From: a virus
Lineage: Duplodnaviria; Caudoviricetes
Strand: one strand, 5' to 3'
IMG/VR virus record: IMGVR_UViG_3300006077_000373
Span: 1 to 40,956 of that record
Length of the DNA stretch: 40,956 nucleotides
Shown here: positions 35,916 through 40,956 of the stretch, in pieces
Layout: each line of letters begins with the position of its first letter
How positions within the stretch are numbered: position 1 is the first letter of the stretch
Program-made: the position numbers and the translations under genes
Notes under the pieces: model-generated
What the model was told of the DNA's origin: nothing
Seen by the model: the letters and a program-made list of their open reading frames with translations, nothing else
Databases searched by the model: none

Positions 35916-37199
35916 ATGCTCAAATTTGTAGACAACTACCTCGAGCCGCTCACGCTGGCTGAGGGGGCAACCGCTGCCTCGCTCACGCTGCCTGATGGGG
36001 AATACGTGCTCACCCTCGCAGACAGCCAGTCCAGCGCAACCCGCTGGGAGATCGTGCGCGCCGTGGTCACCAGTGGCGAGGCCGTGCTCACCCGTGGTCA
36101 GCAGGGCACCACCGATCAGCCGTGGGCAGCAGGCAGCGTCATTTACTGCGCGCTGACCGCTGACACCCTGAACGGCATGCTCAGCTGGCTCAACGAGTTG
36201 GACGGCATCGCCACCGGCCCGCTGACCATCATCGCCGAGCTACCCAGCACAGGCGACCTGCCCGCCACCGGCGCGGGCGGTGATGCCTACCTGATCGGCG
36301 GGCACGTCTACGTCTGGGCAACAGGCACTGGCGAGTGGGTAGATGCGGGCGGCTATCAGGGTGAGCAGGGCGACCCCGGCGCTGACGGTGCCGATGGCCG
36401 CGCCGCCGAGTTCCGCGCGTCCGCAACCCATGTGCAGTGGCGACTGGTCGGAGATCCGGCATGGATCGACCTGCTGCCGCTCGCAGATATTACCGGCGCA
36501 GATGGCGCGGCCGGTCGCAACCCCGAGTTTCAGGCATCGGCAACGCACCTGCAGTACCGATTGATCGGCGATACCGAGTGGGTAGACCTGCTGCCCCTCT
36601 CGTCTCTGCAGGGTACTGCCGGCGACGACGGCGCAGACGGTCGCGAAATCGAGCTGCAAACCAGCGCGACCCACATACAGTACCGCTACACCGGCGACGC
36701 GACCTGGACTGACCTGATTGCGCTCACCGCACTCAAGGGTGACCCGGGCGATGCTGGGGCAGACGGGGCAGATGGCGTGCCGGTCGAGCTGCAGGCCTCT
36801 GCCACCCACATCCAATGGCGGCTTGTTGGCGCCGCGACCTGGATTGATCTGGTGCTGTTGTCTGAGGTCGGCGTGGTGGCCGGAGGCTGGGACACACTAG
36901 CCACTCCAGCCATCAGCGCAGGCGCACTGACGCTCGATTTGTCGGAACCGTCGCTCTTCGCAGTTACCCTGAACCAGAATGTCACAGACCTCAGTTTCGC
37001 AAACCTGCCTGCCGGCAAGGCCCCGGCGTTTGCGGTCGCGTTTACACAGGACGCCACCGGCGGCCGCACGGTCGCATGGCCCGCAAACGTCATCGGCACC
37101 CCGCCGGATATCGGCACGGACCCGGGCGCGGTAACCGTCGTCAGTCTCGCCTACATCGGTGGCGGTCAGTATGTGATTTCGGGGGCGATTTATGCGTAG
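35916..37199 (+). CDS. Tail fibre with collagen-like and ~40-aa repeats
   Basis: RGQQGT...W.AGS N-domain; GxxGxxG spacers; four E.Q.SATH.Q(W/Y)R...W.DL repeats. Confidence 0.75.
   Translation: MLKFVDNYLEPLTLAEGATAASLTLPDGEYVLTLADSQSSATRWEIVRAVVTSGEAVLTRGQQGTTDQPWAAGSVIYCALTADTLNGMLSWLNELDGIATGPLTIIAELPSTGDLPATGAGGDAYLIGGHVYVWATGTGEWVDAGGYQGEQGDPGADGADGRAAEFRASATHVQWRLVGDPAWIDLLPLADITGADGAAGRNPEFQASATHLQYRLIGDTEWVDLLPLSSLQGTAGDDGADGREIELQTSATHIQYRYTGDATWTDLIALTALKGDPGDAGADGADGVPVELQASATHIQWRLVGAATWIDLVLLSEVGVVAGGWDTLATPAISAGALTLDLSEPSLFAVTLNQNVTDLSFANLPAGKAPAFAVAFTQDATGGRTVAWPANVIGTPPDIGTDPGAVTVVSLAYIGGGQYVISGAIYA
36378..36866 (+). repeat. Four degenerate tandem coding repeats
   Basis: EFRASATHVQWR / EFQASATHLQYR / ELQTSATHIQYR / ELQASATHIQWR. 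Confidence 0.85.
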
Positions 37200-38559
37200 T
37201 GGGATGATTGGGTTTTTGGGGGCGCAGCGGCCTAGTGCGGGTGATCCCTATTGGGAAAGCGTCGTCAGCTTACTGCATTTCGATGATGGTATTACCGACG
37301 ATACTGGAAGAGTATGGGCTTCTTCGGGGAGCGTGGGCGTAGCTCCTGATATCGGAAAGTTCGGAGGTGGACTTAACTTTCCTACTATACCGGCGTATCT
37401 GCAAACCCCTCCCAGTGCCGACTTTTCCCCGTCGTCAAATGGCGGTAAATTGACTATCGAGTTTTTTGTTAATCCAGACGTAAACGATAGCTCCCAGCTC
37501 AAGTATCTGCTGTGTGCACGGAGCGGGGATAGCCTAGCCAATGCGTGGGTGCTGGAACGGGCCGCCGATGGACGAATTGGTTTTGTATTCTGGAACTCTT
37601 CAGGCACCCAGCAACCTACCGCATCCAGCGGTGCGGGGAATGTTGTTGCACCCGGTGTGTTTACGCATGTGGCTGTTGTGGTTGACGTAAGCTTTATTAG
37701 AATCTTCCTAAATGGCACCTTGGCCTCTACTACGAGCATTACAACTAAGCCGGATGGGGCAAGCCAGACCGTATTCTTAGGCCGTAGCCCCGTATCTTCT
37801 GAGTCATCCCGCAATTTCGTAGGTGTAATCGACGAGCTGCGCATCACCAGATGGGTTGCCCGTTACACCGGAAACTTCATTCCTCCGACAGAACCGTTCC
37901 CTAATTTTGGACCACCCCCTGAGCCTGATCCCTACTGGGCCAACGTCGTGACTTTGTTGCGCTTTGATGGGGATTTTACAGACGAGACTGGCCGCCTGTG
38001 GGTGGCTAAGGGCAATGCGACTATCTCAAGTGAGCTGGCTCTGTTCGGAAACACCAGTGGGAAATTCTTCGGGGTGGGTAGCCGTATTGACACGGACCCG
38101 ACTATTGATTTTTCATTCGGGACGGGAGACTTTACTGTCGAGGGGTGGCTTTACGTCGGGCCTCCGCCGGGTGGATCAGTGGCTAATGATCGGACAATAT
38201 TTGGGGCATTTGACTTCAACCCGGACATGAACTTCTTCCTTGATAGGGCAAATAACGCACCGTCTCTCTGGAATGGCACCGTGGCACGCGCTAGCAGTCT
38301 GCCTGTGCCAACTAACAGTTGGTCTCACTTTGCATTCGTTCGAGAGAGTGGGGTTCTGCGGATATTCGTTGATGGCGTCAAGGGTTACGAAGGGGCGCTC
38401 ACCACTAACTTTGGTTCGACAGCAGTAGCTGACATAGGGTCTGATAGAGCAGCCTCTCGACCACTTAATGGTTATTTTGATTCATTTAGGGTTACCAAAG
38501 GCGTAGCCCGCTACACCGAAAACTTCACACCGCCGACCGCCCCATTCCCGAATGGATGA
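37192..38559 (+). CDS. Tandem LamG/concanavalin A-like receptor-binding protein
   Basis: Two copies of DPYW..VV.LL.FD...T(I/V)E...H.A.V...F..G...D..R.T..VARYT.NF.PPT.PFP. Confidence 0.8.
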   Translation: MRSGMIGFLGAQRPSAGDPYWESVVSLLHFDDGITDDTGRVWASSGSVGVAPDIGKFGGGLNFPTIPAYLQTPPSADFSPSSNGGKLTIEFFVNPDVNDSSQLKYLLCARSGDSLANAWVLERAADGRIGFVFWNSSGTQQPTASSGAGNVVAPGVFTHVAVVVDVSFIRIFLNGTLASTTSITTKPDGASQTVFLGRSPVSSESSRNFVGVIDELRITRWVARYTGNFIPPTEPFPNFGPPPEPDPYWANVVTLLRFDGDFTDETGRLWVAKGNATISSELALFGNTSGKFFGVGSRIDTDPTIDFSFGTGDFTVEGWLYVGPPPGGSVANDRTIFGAFDFNPDMNFFLDRANNAPSLWNGTVARASSLPVPTNSWSHFAFVRESGVLRIFVDGVKGYEGALTTNFGSTAVADIGSDRAASRPLNGYFDSFRVTKGVARYTENFTPPTAPFPNG

Positions 38560-38679
38560 GTGCCGGTACTACAAAACCCGGCTGGAACGCCCACATCCCT
38601 GTAGAGCTAGCCGATAGTGCCCGCCCGTGCTGCTGCTGTCGCCGGTGATCTCCGGCAAACGATAACCCTGTCACAACAG

Positions 38680-38706
38680 GCCGCCCAATGAGGCGGCTTT
38701 TTCTTT
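38680..38706 (+). terminator. Intrinsic terminator before the endolysin
   Basis: GCCGCCCAATGAGGCGGCTTTTT. Confidence 0.65.
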
Positions 38707-38715
38707 GGAGAATCA

Positions 38716-39255
38716 ATGACAGTCATCACCGCTGAAAAAGCAGGCGGGGCGAACGTGTGCGCGTTCCTCGACATGCTGGGCTGGTCAGAGGGCACAGTGC
38801 AAGTGCCGGGCAGCGACGACGGGTACAACGTACTCGTTGGCGGCACGCTGTTCACCGGCTACGCCGATCACCCGCGTGTATCGGTCGCTCTGCCACGCTA
38901 CGGCATCCGCTCGACCGCCGCCGGCCGGTATCAGTTCCTGTCACGCACCTGGGATGCCATCGTCCGTAACTACGGGTTCCGTGGCCGCTTCATTCCCGAG
39001 GCGCAGGATCTGGCCGCCATCAAGCTACTGAAGGAATGCGGCGCTTACCCGCTGATCCAGCAGGGCAATATCACCGAAGCCATCAAGCTGGCCGCCCCGA
39101 TCTGGGCCAGCCTGCCCGGCGCCGGCTATGGCCAGCGCGAACACCGGCTGACCAAGCTGCTGGAGATTTATGCGGATGAGCGGGCTGCAGAGGCGCAGCC
39201 GGAAGAGCAGCTGCTGGCTGTGTATGCCGGGTGCGGTGGGGAGGTCGCATGCTGA
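38716..39255 (+). CDS. Endolysin, lambda R-type lysozyme/lytic transglycosylase
   Basis: AFLDML.WSEGT, GYNV.VGG, STAAGRYQFL..TW, WASLPGAGYGQ. Confidence 0.92.
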   Translation: MTVITAEKAGGANVCAFLDMLGWSEGTVQVPGSDDGYNVLVGGTLFTGYADHPRVSVALPRYGIRSTAAGRYQFLSRTWDAIVRNYGFRGRFIPEAQDLAAIKLLKECGAYPLIQQGNITEAIKLAAPIWASLPGAGYGQREHRLTKLLEIYADERAAEAQPEEQLLAVYAGCGGEVAC

Positions 39256-39737
39256 GTAAGTACAAGCTCTGGCTGCTGGCTGGCGGCCTGATCGCCTTGG
39301 TACTGCTTGGGTTTGGTGTGGGGTGGAACTGGAACGGATCGCTCTGGGAGAGCAGATACATTGCGCTCGGTGCGGCGTGGGCAGAGGCGCGGGAGGCCGC
39401 AGAACGGCAGGCCCGGTCAGAGGAAGCGCGGCGCGCAGCCGCAGTAGAGGGGATACGACGTGATGCAAAAAACCAAATCGAGCAGGCTCAGGCTGATGCC
39501 GCTGCTGCTGATGCCACTGCTGACAGCCTGCGGCAGCAGCTCGCCGAGCGTACCCGTCGAGCCAGCGCGGATACCTGCTCTGACGCCGGAAGCCAGGCAG
39601 CCCGCTCAACCCTCATACTGTATTCCGAGTTGCTCGACCGGGCTGATGCGCGAGCGGGAGAGTTGGCAGCAGAGGCTGACCGACGACGAGTAGCGGGGCT
39701 GGCGTGTGAGCGGCAGTACGAGGCGCTGGGTCAGTGA
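39249..39737 (+). CDS. Rz-like inner-membrane spanin
   Basis: N-terminal TM, coiled coil, AD.RRVAGLACERQY. Confidence 0.85.
   Translation: MLSKYKLWLLAGGLIALVLLGFGVGWNWNGSLWESRYIALGAAWAEAREAAERQARSEEARRAAAVEGIRRDAKNQIEQAQADAAAADATADSLRQQLAERTRRASADTCSDAGSQAARSTLILYSELLDRADARAGELAAEADRRRVAGLACERQYEALGQ
39460..39693 (+). CDS. Rz1-like outer-membrane lipoprotein spanin embedded in Rz
   Basis: Alternate frame with lipobox LLTAC and Pro-rich mature part. Confidence 0.75.
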   Translation: MMQKTKSSRLRLMPLLLMPLLTACGSSSPSVPVEPARIPALTPEARQPAQPSYCIPSCSTGLMRERESWQQRLTDDE

Positions 39738-39937
39738 CCGGCAGCGGTGCGGGCTAACTCAAGAGCTGACTTGCACCGCCGGACCACGTTCGTCACTGCC
39801 TGCGGCGTCACGCCCAGATCGGCAGCAACCGCACTCGGAGCTTCCTCGCCGACAAGTACCCTGCGGGCAGCTTCTTGGCTTTGCCCGCCCCGCAGGCTGA
39901 TCAGCTTCGCCAGCGCTTCAAACTGTTCGCTCGTCAT
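39731..39937 (-). CDS. aca4: Anti-CRISPR-associated HTH repressor, Aca4-like (TrfB-like HTH)
   Basis: MTSEQFEALAKLISLRGG...AARRVLV...GVTPQAV...CK.ALELAR resembles Aca4 as recalled; TGATG-coupled to the acr gene. Confidence 0.75.
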   Translation of the reverse strand: MTSEQFEALAKLISLRGGQSQEAARRVLVGEEAPSAVAADLGVTPQAVTNVVRRCKSALELARTAAGH

Positions 39938-40386
39938 CACGCCACCTCGATCTGTGCGCCCGGCAGTACCAGCCAGGTGGTGCCGTGCTCGTCGCTCATT
40001 TCTACCGCCGCGTAGCCCAGGGCGTTGGCCAGCTGGCCGCGAATGCGTTGGGCTTCCCAGCCAGCTTCGCCCAGGTCGTCAGCGCGAAGCAGCTCAACGT
40101 CGGCGTCTTCCACTTCCTCCTCTTCAACCACCAGCTCGAACAGGCGGTCCATGTCGTCACACCAGTGGCCGGCAACATCGTTCAGGGCAGCCATCACCGC
40201 GTCAGCATCCAGCTCATAAGACAGCTCTTGCTGGGTCAGAGCTTTGTCGTCCGCAATCTCGATGCTGTGCAGAACGTCGCCGTGAGACAGGGCAGCGTCT
40301 TCGTCAGCGGCAGCGAACAGGCCACCGAAGATGCCGAGGTCTTTGATTTCGCTGATCTGTTCAAAGCTGCCGTGGAAGAGTTTCAT
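39937..40386 (-). CDS. acrIF11: Anti-CRISPR AcrIF11-like ADP-ribosyltransferase
   Basis: LFHGS.E.ISEI.D.G.FGGLF...ALSHG..LH.I and GWE.QR.RG.LA..LGY..VEM.DEHGTTWL.LPG match recalled AcrIF11 blocks. Confidence 0.85.
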   Translation of the reverse strand: MKLFHGSFEQISEIKDLGIFGGLFAAADEDAALSHGDVLHSIEIADDKALTQQELSYELDADAVMAALNDVAGHWCDDMDRLFELVVEEEEVEDADVELLRADDLGEAGWEAQRIRGQLANALGYAAVEMSDEHGTTWLVLPGAQIEVA

Positions 40387-40411
40387 TGCCGTTCTCCGTT
40401 GTTGATGACTC

Positions 40412-40440
40412 TATATTAAACGCTTTAGAGTTTAATGCAA
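40412..40440 (-). promoter_or_regulatory. acr promoter with inverted-repeat operator
   Basis: -35 TTGCAT with AT-rich -10 region (TAATAT); ATTAAAC-N8-GTTTAAT at 40415-40436. Confidence 0.7.
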
Positions 40441-40470
40441 GACATAGCGACGAACGGTCATTCCAGCCGC

Positions 40471-40510
40471 TGGGGGAATCTTGGGGGAATGCTCCCCCAA
40501 ATAATCCCCT
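40471..40510. repeat. Clustered GGGGGAAT / TCCCCCAA motifs (putative arm-type sites)
   Basis: TGGGGGAAT x2, then inverted CTCCCCCAA and ATCCCCT. Confidence 0.55.
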
Positions 40511-40591
40511 CAGCATCCTATAGGGTCACTTGGGATTGTCAGTAAAATCAGGAAGTTGGCGGACTGGCAGTCCGTTAAATGCGGGCTGAAA

Positions 40592-40608
40592 ACGGATTCG
40601 AAATCCGT
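40592..40608 (+). other. Isolated tRNA-Ser(CGA)-like anticodon stem-loop, possible relic att core
   Basis: ACGGA-TTCGAAA-TCCGT: 5-bp stem and 7-nt loop with CGA at the anticodon position; no other tRNA arms. Confidence 0.55.
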
Positions 40609-40666
40609 CCCAGAGGGGGAGAGGGTTTCGTCACGTTTTGGGTTAAATCTTCCCCAAAACAGAACG

Positions 40667-40679
40667 CAAGTCTTTGATT
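40667..40679 (-). promoter_or_regulatory. IHF binding site in the right att arm
   Basis: AATCAAAGACTTG fits WATCAANNNNTTR. Confidence 0.65.
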
Positions 40680-40779
40680 TTAAAGGAGTGGATTAGCGCG
40701 CAAACCGCTGTTTATTTTTACAGTCGATTTGCGCCTAACCTGATGATTAAAAAGGGGAATTGGCGTTCTCTTGTGCGTC

Positions 40780-40809
40780 TCAGGCCTTTATGCCGTACAG
40801 GGTGATCAT
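40780..40809 (-). pseudogene. yffB: Displaced native 5' stub of yffB (MITLYGIKA*)
   Basis: ATG 3 nt after the dapC stop; the Cys codon TGC is replaced by TGA at the att junction. Confidence 0.85.
40781..40797. repeat. att core, distal copy (CAGGCCTTTATGCCGTA)
   Basis: Direct repeat of 423-439. Confidence 0.9.
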
Positions 40810-40812
40810 GGC

Positions 40813-40956
40813 TTACAGGCTCCTGATGAAGTCGCGGATGCGTTCGGCAGCTTCAATACACTCGTCCAGCGGGGCGACCAGCGCCATGCGGACCCGTCCG
40901 GCGCCGGGATTATAACCATCAATTTCCCGTGACAGGTAACGTCCGGGCACCACGGC
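40813..40956 (-). CDS. dapC: 3' end of succinyldiaminopimelate transaminase
   Basis: AVVPGRYLSREIDGYNPGAGRVRMALVAPLDECIEAAERIRDFIRSL*. Confidence 0.9.
   Translation of the reverse strand, partial: AVVPGRYLSREIDGYNPGAGRVRMALVAPLDECIEAAERIRDFIRSL

Larger units (their letters stand above)
423..40797. mobile_element. Temperate siphovirus prophage, apparently complete
   Basis: Bounded by a 17-bp direct repeat with one mismatch; contains integration, immunity, replication, packaging, head, tail and lysis modules. Confidence 0.95.

Noticed and set aside
35916-38715. Diversity-generating retroelement or shufflon acting on the tail fibre
   Set aside because: No reverse transcriptase, no near-identical TR/VR pair differing at adenines, and no inverted crossover sites or inverted fibre fragments seen.
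40560-40640. Complete tRNA-Ser gene
   Set aside because: Only the anticodon arm is present; acceptor, D and T arms are not recognisable.
39700-40780. CRISPR array or solitary repeat (RNA anti-CRISPR) near the acr operon
   Set aside because: No match by eye to type I-F, I-E or I-C repeat consensus and no regularly spaced repeats.

Overview
The window holds an apparently complete ~40.4 kb temperate prophage (attL ~423-439 to attR ~40781-40797) with lambdoid regulation and HK97-type morphogenesis genes, in a Pseudomonadaceae-like host. It is inserted into the 5' end of the ArsC/Spx-family gene yffB within the dapC-yffB-dapD cluster, and it supplies a replacement N-terminus for yffB. Gene order: int-xis; a leftward early operon of small genes (HNH nuclease, an HsdM-like protein lacking motif IV, a DUF4406-like protein, a LuxR-type HTH); a structured pL leader with a perfect boxA; a cassette downstream of cI in the lambda rexAB position (small TM ORF, DUF6978-like protein, DUF1828-like protein), which is a candidate uncharacterised anti-phage system; cI/cro with 16-bp operators; a LexA-box-preceded Rha/antirepressor; O/P-like replication genes; a second tyrosine recombinase; Q; holins; HNH-terS-terL-portal-protease-capsid; tail genes with a membrane-protein moron and a -1 frameshift; tail fibre and tandem LamG receptor-binding protein; endolysin-Rz/Rz1; and an acrIF11-like/aca4-like anti-CRISPR operon. 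The right end also contains what looks like a relic att arm ending in a tRNA-Ser(CGA) anticodon stem-loop. All family assignments come from motif recognition by eye; no database searches were run.
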